In this document: positions 30,317-39,870 of the stretch, one piece after another
Layout: each line of letters opens with the position of its first letter
Position numbering within the stretch: the stretch's first letter is position 1
Source of the DNA: Candidatus Gottesmanbacteria bacterium
Lineage (GTDB): Bacteria; Patescibacteriota; Microgenomatia; UBA10105; UBA927
Reading direction: 5' to 3'
Assembly (NCBI GenBank): GCA_030679255.1
Contig: JAUXTO010000022.1
Coordinates: 915 to 64,914 of the forward strand
Length of the DNA stretch: 64,000 bases
Position numbers and translations under genes: made by a program
The notes under the pieces: generated by a model
Databases searched by the model: none
The model's input: only the letters and a program-made list of their open reading frames with translations
What the model was told of the DNA's origin: nothing

Positions 30317-31180
30317 TCACCCGGCGGGTTTGGCCTCCGGCCCGGCCGGTACGGCACTCGGCCCTCTCACGATATTGTTGACGATATGATCCACAACCCA
30401 CGACCCGACCTTTTCTCCAGCCTTAATATGTAATTTTGCAAGCCGAGTAACAGGACGAAACGCAAACAGCGCCGCTTCACCTCCAGCAAGCCCAGCCATC
30501 TTAACCCCTTCGCCCCAGACATATCCCGTTACTCGTTTATCTACATCCTCATTCACCAATTGCTTGCCATCCCAGGTAAACACATTCGGCGTTACCGTTC
30601 TATCTACTATTAATTCATCTGCCTTTTGCAGCAACTCTTTCCTTGCTTGTTTACTGGCTGCTGCTAAGTTTTTTTTATCTTGTGGCGATCCGCGCCAATA
30701 ATCCTTCCACGCTTGCTTTTTAGTTAATTTAGCAAGAGCTTCTTTCTTTTTAGCATCGATTAGCTCTCGGCCCTCTGGAGAATCAATTTGTCTTAAGTGT
30801 TCTTGATGTAATACCCGTCCCCCCGCCTCTGCATTTGCTTTTACATCAAATGCGTCTAATCTTGCTGATCTTGATTTCCATCTCAAGTACCATGGAAAGG
30901 TTGCTACAAACGCATCGCAAGCAAGGGTGGTCGTACCAGTAAGCTTCCCAAACCCACGGACGAGCGTTTTCATATTTTTATGCTCAAGTAATGCCCGGAG
31001 ATCTTCGTTTTTCACCCGGCTCACGACGTTTTCAAACGACTCCAACTCTTTTGCCCCCATCGTCCCCGGACTAAATTCATCCCACCAGCCCTTGGCCGCC
31101 CTCCCCACACCTTTAAGGACCGCCTTGGGATTAATGTCTTTAAACATTGCTTCTCCGTAATTGATGGTCTGTTCTGACAT
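30317..31180 (-). CDS. Hypothetical protein (287 aa)
   Basis: ORF; C-terminal PAGPEAKPAG. Confidence 0.5.
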   Translation of the reverse strand: MSEQTINYGEAMFKDINPKAVLKGVGRAAKGWWDEFSPGTMGAKELESFENVVSRVKNEDLRALLEHKNMKTLVRGFGKLTGTTTLACDAFVATFPWYLRWKSRSARLDAFDVKANAEAGGRVLHQEHLRQIDSPEGRELIDAKKKEALAKLTKKQAWKDYWRGSPQDKKNLAAASKQARKELLQKADELIVDRTVTPNVFTWDGKQLVNEDVDKRVTGYVWGEGVKMAGLAGGEAALFAFRPVTRLAKLHIKAGEKVGSWVVDHIVNNIVRGPSAVPAGPEAKPAG

Positions 31181-31184
31181 GGGA

Positions 31185-31847
31185 TTATTTAGCTACCGGT
31201 TTTTGCACGTCTTTAGGATGCAATATGTTATACATTGCCTTTTCCGCACGCCTCTGGAGCATGGTGGCCGCCACCTCCGGCGCCGTGACGATGGCTTCGC
31301 CTACTGCCCGCTCTGCTTTTCCTGCAACTTTTAGCCCCTTGCCCACTACTTCTGTCGACTTTTTGCTGGCAATAAGAGCAGCAGCTTCCACAGCGGCTTT
31401 TGTGGTAAGTGCGTGCGTTGTCGCTACAGCAAATCGTTTGGCTATGTCCTTTGGAATCGGAATCACAGGGAGAAAACGACGCACCGGCCACGTTCCTGCA
31501 TTATAGACGAGGTCAAATGCTGCAGAACTCAACCCAATAAATGTTCCTGCCAGTCTCGTCATGACCCGGTCCTTCACCTCCATGAGCTTGGCTCCCCAAC
31601 TGCGGTTTTCCCCACCCCACAGGACATCCGTCACCTTGTCCATTTGCTGCACGTACATCTTTATGATGCCACCACCGTGCCACGGCTCTATACGGCCCTG
31701 AAGTTCTTTGCGTATTTTCCAATACTCGTCATTGAGGCCGCCCTTCTCGTTCTCCGTGGCCTGTTCAATGGCGCCCTTCACGCTCGCCACGACGGGGTTT
31801 TCCGTTCTCATTTCTTGGGGCATGGGCATTTCTCCGGTTTCGCTCAT
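31185..31847 (-). CDS. Hypothetical protein (220 aa)
   Basis: ORF; 4-nt gap to the downstream gene. Confidence 0.5.
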   Translation of the reverse strand: MSETGEMPMPQEMRTENPVVASVKGAIEQATENEKGGLNDEYWKIRKELQGRIEPWHGGGIIKMYVQQMDKVTDVLWGGENRSWGAKLMEVKDRVMTRLAGTFIGLSSAAFDLVYNAGTWPVRRFLPVIPIPKDIAKRFAVATTHALTTKAAVEAAALIASKKSTEVVGKGLKVAGKAERAVGEAIVTAPEVAATMLQRRAEKAMYNILHPKDVQKPVAK

Positions 31848-31916
31848 AAGATGATTATATCATTTTGGGGCAGCAATGCAGAATATACCCATAGTATCCA
31901 TACTCGCTCATCCCTG

Positions 31917-32327
31917 TCAATCCCCGTCTTTCTCCGTCTTCTCAGCGAGACGCTTAAGCTTCCGGTCAAATGTTAAAAGTTCTTTTCCTCCCAACTTTGC
32001 CGTATGAAGAAGCACGGCATCTGCGAAGCTCACACCTGGATGTTGCGCCCATGTCGCGTACGCTTCTCGCAGGATATACCGATCAGGTATATCGATATAC
32101 GGGGCCAACAATAGAGTTTCATATTTTTCTTTTACTGCAACCCGTGTATATCCATAAAACTTCGTCAGTGTATACGTCGCTTCAAAAAATACGATGAGCG
32201 GTATCGTAAGTTCCACCTTTCCATTTTTGACTAACCGAAATACTTGTGCGATTTGTTCTGATTGTACAGGAATATCTTTGAGAGAATATCGCAGAAGCCC
32301 GTTCGTATCCAGAAGGAATCTCTTCAT
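31917..32327 (-). CDS. PIN-domain toxin (VapC-like)
   Basis: FLLDTNGLL ... LLTFDRKL. Confidence 0.7.
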   Translation of the reverse strand: MKRFLLDTNGLLRYSLKDIPVQSEQIAQVFRLVKNGKVELTIPLIVFFEATYTLTKFYGYTRVAVKEKYETLLLAPYIDIPDRYILREAYATWAQHPGVSFADAVLLHTAKLGGKELLTFDRKLKRLAEKTEKDGD

Positions 32328-32563
32328 ATTTCACCACGGGCCCAGGCCTCATCAAGCATGGCCCTCGTTTTTTTCCAGGAAAGACGCTTTTTTGTTTTAA
32401 ATGCGCCGTAGAGGTCTAACACATCAGGCACAGGTTCTACCACCATCTTCCCCCCATCCACTCGTGCAATCGCCTTACTGGCTTTTTGAAGCCCCAACGC
32501 GAGTCGAATATCAGCGGGGATCGTCATCTGTCCTTGAGAAGTTATGGAAACGGTGTAAGTCAT
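32324..32563 (-). CDS. AbrB/MazE-type antitoxin
   Basis: SQGQMTIPADIRLALGL; 4-nt overlap with the PIN gene. Confidence 0.7.
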   Translation of the reverse strand: MTYTVSITSQGQMTIPADIRLALGLQKASKAIARVDGGKMVVEPVPDVLDLYGAFKTKKRLSWKKTRAMLDEAWARGEI

Positions 32564-32628
32564 ATAATGAACATATCATCTCCAATTACTTTTGTCAATA
32601 CTCATTACTTTTCTCAATATCCATTATT

Positions 32629-34023
32629 TTATGACTTCTTCATTATCCTGCCCACCGCCACGGCAAACGCTGCGGTCCGCAGCGTCGTTTTATACTTCTT
32701 TGCGGCCTCCCACACCGCGCCCGCCGCCGTCTCCATCTTCTTTCTAAGTTTGCGGTTCACATCCTCTTTCGTCCAATGTTGGCCCTTGAGATTCTGTTCC
32801 CACTCAAACGCCGACACCGTCACACCCCCACTGTTGGCCAAGACATCAGGGATCACGGTCACCCCTCGCTTGGCGAGAATTTCATCTGCCTCCGGAGTCG
32901 TCGGCCCATTGGCCATTTCAAGAATGACCTTTGCCTTTATCTTTGATGCGTTTTCTTTGGTAATCACATTTTCCAACGCTGCCGGTATGAGGATATCAAC
33001 GGGTAATTCTAAAAGTTGCTCTTGGGTAATCGGCCGGCCTTTCGATAAATCGCAAACTGATCCCGAGCAGTAGCAACCCGCGAGGTACCCATTTTTCTTT
33101 TTACACGCGAGGGTGAGTTCCGGATTGACGCCCGTTGGCACATGGATCCCGCCGCGGCTGTCTGACACGGCAACGACCGTAAAGCCAGCGCCAACTAAAA
33201 ACTTCACCATGTTATACCCCACATTCCCAAATCCCATGACCGCCACAGTCAAACGCGGCTGGGACGTTGAAATTTCTAAGGGAAATTTCTTACGTCCCGC
33301 AACCATCATTGCTTTTTGTTTACTGTTTCCTGTCCCGTTAACCATTTTCTTCAACGCCGCTTGCAACACATATAGTCCCCCCAACCCCGTCGCCTCTTCC
33401 CGTCCCTCTGATCCTCCATCTTTAATCAATTTACCAGTGAACGTACCCCGCAGTTTCTCTTTGTCTTTCGTGCTGACGACTGACGACTGACGACTGACGA
33501 CTTTTATGTATTCATCAACCATCCACCCCATGATCGTCCCATTGGTGTTCACGTCCGGCGCGGGCACATCTTTATCCGGCCCGATCACATCGGCAATCGC
33601 ACGGGCGTATCCGCGGGAAAGCCGTTCCAGTTCCCCGGCTGACAGTTCTTTCGGATCAACGACGACGCCTCCTTTTCCCCCGCCGAGCGGGAGCCCGGCA
33701 ACGGCGCACTTCATCGTCATCCAAAAAGCAAGCGCCTTCACTTCGTTCAAATCGACATTCGGGTGATAGCGTATCCCGCCTTTGTACGGTCCAAGCGCAC
33801 GGTTATACTGCACGCGGTACCCGGCAAATATCCGGAGCGTCCCATCATCCATGACAACAGGGATGTTCACATGCACTTCCCGTTCCGGCTGCTCCAGCTT
33901 TCGAAGGGTTACTTGTAATGTTTTCCCTGATTCCTGATTCCTAATTCCTGATTCGACAAGCACTTTTCCGGCTTTCCCCAACTGAACCAGCGCACTTTCA
34001 AATGGATTGATATGATCAGTCAT
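32629..34023 (-). CDS. gdhA: Glutamate dehydrogenase
   Basis: GPYKGGIRYHP ... GLPLGGGKGG; 464 aa; contains the in-frame GACGACTGA-repeat insert VVSRQSSVVS. Confidence 0.9.
   Translation of the reverse strand: MTDHINPFESALVQLGKAGKVLVESGIRNQESGKTLQVTLRKLEQPEREVHVNIPVVMDDGTLRIFAGYRVQYNRALGPYKGGIRYHPNVDLNEVKALAFWMTMKCAVAGLPLGGGKGGVVVDPKELSAGELERLSRGYARAIADVIGPDKDVPAPDVNTNGTIMGWMVDEYIKVVSRQSSVVSTKDKEKLRGTFTGKLIKDGGSEGREEATGLGGLYVLQAALKKMVNGTGNSKQKAMMVAGRKKFPLEISTSQPRLTVAVMGFGNVGYNMVKFLVGAGFTVVAVSDSRGGIHVPTGVNPELTLACKKKNGYLAGCYCSGSVCDLSKGRPITQEQLLELPVDILIPAALENVITKENASKIKAKVILEMANGPTTPEADEILAKRGVTVIPDVLANSGGVTVSAFEWEQNLKGQHWTKEDVNRKLRKKMETAAGAVWEAAKKYKTTLRTAAFAVAVGRIMKKS
33471..33500. repeat. GACGACTGA tandem repeat in frame in gdhA
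   Basis: gctgacgactgacgactgacgac; same family at 3-30, 34425-34462, 51705-51745 and 55855-55880. Confidence 0.75.
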
Positions 34024-34077
34024 AAGTATAATATGTTGTCAACTCTCCTCCGGTCGAGAGTGAATTGACATCATTTT

Positions 34078-34860
34078 TCAAAAAAACGTTTCTGTAAATA
34101 TCTGGCTCGGAGCGACCCCATTGTCCGTCAGAAGTTGCCGCATGTCCACGATCATACCACGGGTACCGCACAAGTAAAACTCTGAATTTGTCAAATCCGG
34201 TGTCTCGCCGATGACGTGCTCCGTCACCCTCCCCTGTGCACCAGTCCATGCATCCATCGGCTCGCCTCGCTGAGTCGAAGCGGGCTGCGAAAGCGTTAAC
34301 ACAAATCGAAAGTTTGGATGCGTAGCTGCGAGCCCCTCAAACTCATCCTTCCAAAACACATCCGTCTCATACCGCAAGCCCCAGAATAAAGTCATCAGCT
34401 CTCCGCTTTCAGCTTTCAGACTGTTTTTACTTTCTGATGACTGATGGCTGACGACTGACAGCTTGTCCATAATCATCCCCCGCAAGGGTGCAATCCCACA
34501 TCCCGTCGCCACAAATACTTTTGGGCGTATGCTTTCCTTTTGCAACACAAATTTCCCGAGTGGGCCCAAAAACTGCACCGGGTCGCCAGGCTTGAGTCCC
34601 AAAAGCCACTTGGATCCCTCTCCCATGGGAGCGACACTCTGAAGAAGTTCAATCGTTCCGTCTTGACTGGGCGCTGAGGCAATAGACAATGTATGATTCC
34701 CCTTCGGTGGCCCGATTTTGCAGATCACATACTGTCCGGCGGTAAACTGCATTTCTTTGGGATCAACAAGTTTGAGTTTGGCCACATGAAATTCCCCCGC
34801 GACATTGGTTACGGAGTTCACGATTGCGGTGTACATTTGGGGTTTATCCATGATGCTCAT
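34078..34860 (-). CDS. FAD/NAD(P)-binding oxidoreductase, ferredoxin-NADP reductase-like
   Basis: FNR-like beta-barrel plus Rossmann motif VFVATGCGIAPLRGM; 260 aa. Confidence 0.65.
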   Translation of the reverse strand: MSIMDKPQMYTAIVNSVTNVAGEFHVAKLKLVDPKEMQFTAGQYVICKIGPPKGNHTLSIASAPSQDGTIELLQSVAPMGEGSKWLLGLKPGDPVQFLGPLGKFVLQKESIRPKVFVATGCGIAPLRGMIMDKLSVVSHQSSESKNSLKAESGELMTLFWGLRYETDVFWKDEFEGLAATHPNFRFVLTLSQPASTQRGEPMDAWTGAQGRVTEHVIGETPDLTNSEFYLCGTRGMIVDMRQLLTDNGVAPSQIFTETFF

Positions 34861-35866
34861 TCAGCCATTTTTGCGCGTCCATAGCGGCCATACAACCCAT
34901 ACCGGCGGCTACCACAGCTTGGCGATATCGGGAATCGACACAATCTCCTCCAGCAAACACCCCCTCAACTGAGGTTGCCGTCTGCACCAATGTGTTAGAG
35001 TTCTCACTTTCGACTTTTGACTTTTGACTTTTGACTATCTTGATATATCCCTTGGCATCCATGTCGAGAAAACCTTTCAAGAACTCTGTACTCGGTTTGT
35101 GTCCAATCGCCAAAAACACCCCATCCGTCTTCACGTCTTCCAGTACCCCCGTCTTATTGTTTTTCAGTCTCACCCCGCTCACCACGTTCTCCCCGAGTAT
35201 TTCTTCCACGGTTTTGTTGAGTAAAAAGGAAATCTTCGGATTTTTCCGCGCCCGGTCGAGCATGATGGCCGACGCCCGGAACTCCTCGCGCCGATGAACA
35301 ATCGTAACGTGGCTCGCAAAGGTCGTGAGAAACGTGGCCTCTTCCATCGCCGTATCCCCACCGCCGATCACAACGACATCTTTCCCGCGGAAGAAAAATC
35401 CGTCACACGTGGCACACGCCGAGACTCCCTTGCCCATGAGCTTTTGCTCCGAAGGAAGTCCCAAGTACTGGGCTTGCGCCCCCGTCGCCACAATCACCGC
35501 CCTCCCCTGATATGACTCACTTTGTCCTTTCACATCAAAATATTTTTCATTGTCTATTGGCATATTGGTAGTATTGGTAGTATTTGGCTTGGTAGTATTT
35601 GATATTGGTAGTATTTGTATATTGGATATTACATCGCTTACGGCGCTTGCGCCGAAGCGTGTTGCCTGCTTTTTCATTTCTTCCATCAAAGCCGGGCCCT
35701 TGATGCCGCCCGCAAATCCGGGAAAATTGTCGACATCCGTCGTGGTCGTGAGTTGTCCGCCGGGCGCAATGCCTGCCAGAACAAGCGTTTTCAAAAAAGC
35801 TCTCGAAGTATAGAGAGCCGCAGTGTATCCTGCCGGCCCGGAGCCAATGATGATGACATCATACAT
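34844..35866 (-). CDS. trxB: Thioredoxin-disulfide reductase
   Basis: GSGPAGYTAA, CATCDGFFF, GGGDTAMEEA; contains two in-frame repeat inserts (NTTKPNTTNTTN and KSQKSKV). Confidence 0.9.
   Translation of the reverse strand: MYDVIIIGSGPAGYTAALYTSRAFLKTLVLAGIAPGGQLTTTTDVDNFPGFAGGIKGPALMEEMKKQATRFGASAVSDVISNIQILPISNTTKPNTTNTTNMPIDNEKYFDVKGQSESYQGRAVIVATGAQAQYLGLPSEQKLMGKGVSACATCDGFFFRGKDVVVIGGGDTAMEEATFLTTFASHVTIVHRREEFRASAIMLDRARKNPKISFLLNKTVEEILGENVVSGVRLKNNKTGVLEDVKTDGVFLAIGHKPSTEFLKGFLDMDAKGYIKIVKSQKSKVESENSNTLVQTATSVEGVFAGGDCVDSRYRQAVVAAGMGCMAAMDAQKWLNEHHG
35564..35626. repeat. TTGGTAGTATT repeat array inserted in frame within trxB (encodes SNTTKPNTTNTTN)
   Basis: attggtagtattggtagtatttggcttggtagtatttgatattggtagtatttg lies inside the trxB ORF. 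Confidence 0.8.
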
Positions 35867-35962
35867 AATAAATAAGCGAATAAACGAATAATGGAATAAT
35901 CGAATAATTAAATGGATTTTCCATTCTCTTATTCATTATTGAATTATTCACTTATTCCCTTA

Positions 35963-36286
35963 TTAGTTGATTAATTTATTCAACTCCCCCAGGAGCGTCT
36001 CTTTGCTCTGCACCCCGATGAACTGTTTCACGACCGCTCCACTTTTAAACACCATGATCGTGGGGATACTCATGACCCCATATTTTTGCGCCATCTGAGG
36101 ATTTTCATCGACGTTGAGCTTGCCTACTTTGGCCTTTCCTGCCATCGCTTTGGCCACGTCCGACACGATCGGCCCCTGCATTTGACACGGTCCGCACCAC
36201 ACCGCCCAAAAGTCGACCAATACAGGAACCGTGCTCTTGAGCACTTCACTATCAAAATTACCGTCCGTGATCGTTATATCTGTCAT
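35963..36286 (-). CDS. trxA: Thioredoxin
   Basis: WAVWCGPCQM; 107 aa. Confidence 0.9.
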   Translation of the reverse strand: MTDITITDGNFDSEVLKSTVPVLVDFWAVWCGPCQMQGPIVSDVAKAMAGKAKVGKLNVDENPQMAQKYGVMSIPTIMVFKSGAVVKQFIGVQSKETLLGELNKLIN

Positions 36287-36429
36287 ATTTGTTTCCTTTC
36301 TTAGACCCGCCGCTCAAACCAAAACAAGTTTAGGCGGGCTTAGGTTTTCTACTCTACCACCCAGTATACCACGATTGCAATACCCTGCTTATTGACTATT
36401 TTGTATATTTTGTATATTATATACATTAT

Positions 36430-36681
36430 ATGAATACCTTTACCGTCACCGCTACCGATCTTCGCAAAAACGCCGCGGATATCCTCAATCGCGTCTACTA
36501 CGAGAAAAAAATAGCCCTCATCGAGCGCGCCGGCAAAGTCATCGTGCGTATGCATCCGTCAAACACCGATGCCCCACATGAGTCGTTTCTTGATGTCTGG
36601 AATCGCTCTGCGGGCTCTATGCCTGATTTCCCGGACGTAAAAAAGTTTCGTCGTGACAAACGCCATTGGCCTGCGATATGA
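36430..36681 (+). CDS. Phd/YefM-family antitoxin
   Basis: 83 aa; immediately precedes the PIN gene. Confidence 0.7.
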   Translation: MNTFTVTATDLRKNAADILNRVYYEKKIALIERAGKVIVRMHPSNTDAPHESFLDVWNRSAGSMPDFPDVKKFRRDKRHWPAI

Positions 36682-37055
36682 CCCACCTGTTTGACACAGA
36701 TGTTCTTATCTTTCATCTCAAAGACCACTACATCCTCCCGATTACCCCGGACATGCCGCCGGCGATAAGTGTGATCACCTATGCGGAGCTCCTCTATGGT
36801 GTTGAAAAATCAAAAAATCCCAAAAGGCGTACCCAGCTTGAGGCACTGCTTCAAGATTTACGCATGGTGATTCTTCCGGTAACACCAGCCATCATTGCGC
36901 GTTTCATTGCCCTGAAAATTCAATTGGAGACGGATGGAGAAAAACTTGCTGACTTTGACCTCCTCATCGCGGCGACGGCCATGGAGCATAATCTCACCCT
37001 TATCACCGGCAATAAAAAGCACTTCTCCCGCATCCCCGGCCTTTCTCTGGCCTAA
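36678..37055 (+). CDS. vapC: PIN-domain toxin VapC
   Basis: LFDTDVLIF ... LIAATAMEHNLTLITGNKKHF. Confidence 0.8.
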   Translation: MTHLFDTDVLIFHLKDHYILPITPDMPPAISVITYAELLYGVEKSKNPKRRTQLEALLQDLRMVILPVTPAIIARFIALKIQLETDGEKLADFDLLIAATAMEHNLTLITGNKKHFSRIPGLSLA

Positions 37056-37507
37056 TTTTTTCCTTCAAACATCTCCAAAAACTCTGCCGGTGTCATGATG
37101 GCAATAGCTTTGTATTGTTTTAGACGCAATAAATCCGTATCTCCCGTCACGATATATCCGCACGCCCCCTCCGCTGCCGCCTCCAATACCCGATTATCGT
37201 CATCATCATCCAGTAAAGCGATGGTTTTCTCCGGTTGAATAATGAGAAAACTGTCTTGTATCAATGACTCTGAATCCGCAAGTCTCCGTGTGGAAAAATG
37301 AAACTTTTTCGACAAGACGTCGATAAGTTCTGCTACCAATACACGTGTCGCCACCCCAGTGATATGTTCATCGACCACAAGCGCAAGAATTTGTTTTGGT
37401 ATACCGCCGTAGACGATGGCGGAAACGAGAACGTTCGTATCGATGACTACCCGAAGGACATTACTGCTTTTTCCCATGCCGATAATTCCAAACAATTTTA
37501 TTGACAT
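37052..37507 (-). CDS. PIN-domain protein (putative TA toxin)
   Basis: VVIDTNVLVSA ... GDTDLL. Confidence 0.7.
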   Translation of the reverse strand: MSIKLFGIIGMGKSSNVLRVVIDTNVLVSAIVYGGIPKQILALVVDEHITGVATRVLVAELIDVLSKKFHFSTRRLADSESLIQDSFLIIQPEKTIALLDDDDDNRVLEAAAEGACGYIVTGDTDLLRLKQYKAIAIMTPAEFLEMFEGKN

Positions 37508-37709
37508 CCTCTTCGTTCGTTATCCCCATCTTCTTCCCCATCGCTTTACCGTACGAAAAAAGCTCGTCCCACTCCATACGACGCTGAAGATATATCCATG
37601 CGGCTTCCCGGATGAGCTCGCTCCTATTGCGGTATTCCCGTTTTGCGACGGCATCAATTTTTTGCACGAGTTCCTTGGGAAGAACGATATTGAAGCTTTG
37701 TGTTTGCAT
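37461..37709 (-). CDS. Ribbon-helix-helix (CopG-like) antitoxin
   Basis: 82 aa; IVLPKELVQKIDAVAKREYRNRSELIREA. Confidence 0.65.
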   Translation of the reverse strand: MQTQSFNIVLPKELVQKIDAVAKREYRNRSELIREAAWIYLQRRMEWDELFSYGKAMGKKMGITNEEDVNKIVWNYRHGKKQ

Positions 37710-37855
37710 ACAGTTATTGTATGCATCTTGTATGCCCTTGTCAAGGGAGTATTTTTCCGTGTCTTGCCTTGCCTGTCCTACTTTTATTGCTGGTCCTACT
37801 TGCCTTACTATCTTTCTATTTTACTCGTGTTGCTATCTTGCTATCCTGCTTTATT

Positions 37856-38557
37856 TCATTCCATCGTCTTCTCCGGCCCCTGGTCGCGGTGATAATCGAT
37901 GAACCGCTCAATTCTTCCCGCGTCAAAACTGTCAAACGTATCGATATAATTCCACGCAGTAAGAGCTATCGTCGTTTCTAACTGAGGTCTCGGAACCACC
38001 GCGAGTTTCCAGAGTTTTTTCTTATTGGCGAGTTCCGTAAGACTTTCTACCAACGTCTTGCACCCTTCACTCCCATTCACGGCGCTCCCGGTGGCAATAG
38101 TGGGATCTTTAAAATCTGCCGACGGACTGCCAGATTCTTCATGCGCAAAGACTTTTAGACTTTTGACTTTCCCGCCTGCAACGCTTTGCGTAGCATTGCG
38201 GGCAGGCGACTTTTGACTTTTTAAGTGCACATTACAGTTATAATTGATAATCACATATCCATGCTCGAGCGCATGGAGGAGCTCCCCCTCACTTTGCGGC
38301 GAAGTAAATACTCCCCCCCTCACCCACGTCGCAAGATGCGATCCGCTCGTCGGTGGATTACTATTGTATTTAAAATCAGCAACCGCCTGTGGCGACACAT
38401 GCTCTCTCCCTTGATCAGCCATCTTCGTCCCCGGCACCGGCCGGGTCACCGTCCACCCAATCCATCCAAGGATTCCAACAATCACAATACCGATCCCCAC
38501 TTTCCACCACATAATATAGCGAGTATACCATATGGTGTATAATAACAATCTCATCAT
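37856..38557 (-). CDS. DUF3105-like membrane-anchored protein
   Basis: N-terminal TM; PPTSGSHL motif; contains the in-frame repeat insert KSPARNATQSVAGGKVKSLKV. Confidence 0.55.
   Translation of the reverse strand: MMRLLLYTIWYTRYIMWWKVGIGIVIVGILGWIGWTVTRPVPGTKMADQGREHVSPQAVADFKYNSNPPTSGSHLATWVRGGVFTSPQSEGELLHALEHGYVIINYNCNVHLKSQKSPARNATQSVAGGKVKSLKVFAHEESGSPSADFKDPTIATGSAVNGSEGCKTLVESLTELANKKKLWKLAVVPRPQLETTIALTAWNYIDTFDSFDAGRIERFIDYHRDQGPEKTME
38150..38225. repeat. GACTTTTGAC-flanked element with a GC-rich palindromic core, in frame in the DUF3105 gene
   Basis: gacttttagacttttgactttcccgcctgcaacgctttgcgtagcattgcgggcaggcgacttttgacttttt; homologous copy at 53385-53470 in the PHP gene; core-less copy at 35010-35045 in trxB. 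Confidence 0.75.
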
Positions 38558-38610
38558 TCTTGTCCTTTTTTTATTGTTTATTGTTTACTGTTTATTGTCT
38601 TTTTCAACAT

Positions 38611-39033
38611 ATGCGTATCTTTTTCGCCGGTCCACTGACTGATCTCAAAAATCCGGAGGCTACCAAAGTCTTCTATCTCAAGCTTGCGGGCGTGGCGACA
38701 TCAAATAAATTTCAATGGTTCTGGGCTTTCTTAAACGGCACGGATCCGATCAAAAATCCCGAAGTACCTGCAAATGTGGTGTACGAGACGGATCTCGAGG
38801 AACTCGCCAAAAGCGACCTGATGGTCATTTACCTCGGGGAGCCCTCAACCGGCACCGGACAGGAAATTGAGTATGCCAAGGAGCACAATATTCCGGCATA
38901 TCTCCTGTATGAAAAAGGGACGCGGATCACCCGCATGGTCCTGGGAAGCCCTAATATTAAAGGGACAATTGAGTTTACCTCTGAGTCCGACGCCCTCGCG
39001 CAACTGGACACTCTTCTCAAATCACTTTCTTAA
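38611..39033 (+). CDS. Hypothetical protein, possibly nucleoside 2-deoxyribosyltransferase-like
   Basis: MRIFFAGPL start; weak fold-level guess only. Confidence 0.4.
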   Translation: MRIFFAGPLTDLKNPEATKVFYLKLAGVATSNKFQWFWAFLNGTDPIKNPEVPANVVYETDLEELAKSDLMVIYLGEPSTGTGQEIEYAKEHNIPAYLLYEKGTRITRMVLGSPNIKGTIEFTSESDALAQLDTLLKSLS

Positions 39034-39083
39034 CTCCCTCATTCCCAAACAATCTCTCCCCCACTTTCCGACTTTATAGACTT

Positions 39084-39863
39084 TTAGAGGTATAACGCCA
39101 CCGTCATATTCCAAAACACATGAACGAGGATGGGGGCCAGAAGCGACTTCGTGTTGAAGTAAAGCAAGCTGTTAGCCATCCCCAGGATGAAATCCGTGAG
39201 AAAGAAAAGCACAAGCATCGTGCCCTGCAGATGGAGTGATGTCAACAGAATCGGAACATGCAGCAGCATAAACAACACCGTTGAGAGAAGCGACGCATAC
39301 GGAAGACTTTTTGTTTTTTCCATGATCCGGCCAAAAAGAAAGCCACGGTTGAGGATCTCTTCGCTTATCGCCGTTGCGACACTGAGCACAAGTAAGATAA
39401 CCATTCCGTACTGCTCAAACGCAGCAATCGGATTAATCTGAATTTTACCGTATTTTATAGCATTAGCCGCAATTCCTTCGAGCGCAAAAACAAACCCGAA
39501 TCCGAGTCCCACATAGAGATTCATGAAAAGATTTTTGGTCGTAAACCCAAGGCTTTCGATCGTCCGTTTTTCTTTGTGGTAGACGTACCAAAGGACCGGC
39601 CCGAGAAACACCAGGGGTTTGGCGATAAATTCATCTGCCCACTCCGGCAACTTCAAAAAATACCGGTACAGGCTCCAAGCGAGAAGCGTCCATGCCCACA
39701 CCTGATAGATGGGCTCGAGTGTCACCGTGGTCACTTTGCTTTTTTTCTTTTCTTTCATAATCCTACGATATCCTCTTTCTCCCACATTGACAAGAGAGCG
39801 GATTTTGATTTCTTCATACCCATTCGACCCATGAGACACATAAGACTCATTTTTCTCATACAT
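39084..39863 (-). CDS. CPBP-family intramembrane metalloprotease (CAAX protease-like)
   Basis: Multi-TM; motif SEEILNRGFLFG (EExxxR). Confidence 0.7.
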   Translation of the reverse strand: MYEKNESYVSHGSNGYEEIKIRSLVNVGERGYRRIMKEKKKSKVTTVTLEPIYQVWAWTLLAWSLYRYFLKLPEWADEFIAKPLVFLGPVLWYVYHKEKRTIESLGFTTKNLFMNLYVGLGFGFVFALEGIAANAIKYGKIQINPIAAFEQYGMVILLVLSVATAISEEILNRGFLFGRIMEKTKSLPYASLLSTVLFMLLHVPILLTSLHLQGTMLVLFFLTDFILGMANSLLYFNTKSLLAPILVHVFWNMTVALYL

Positions 39864-39870
39864 CCCATGC

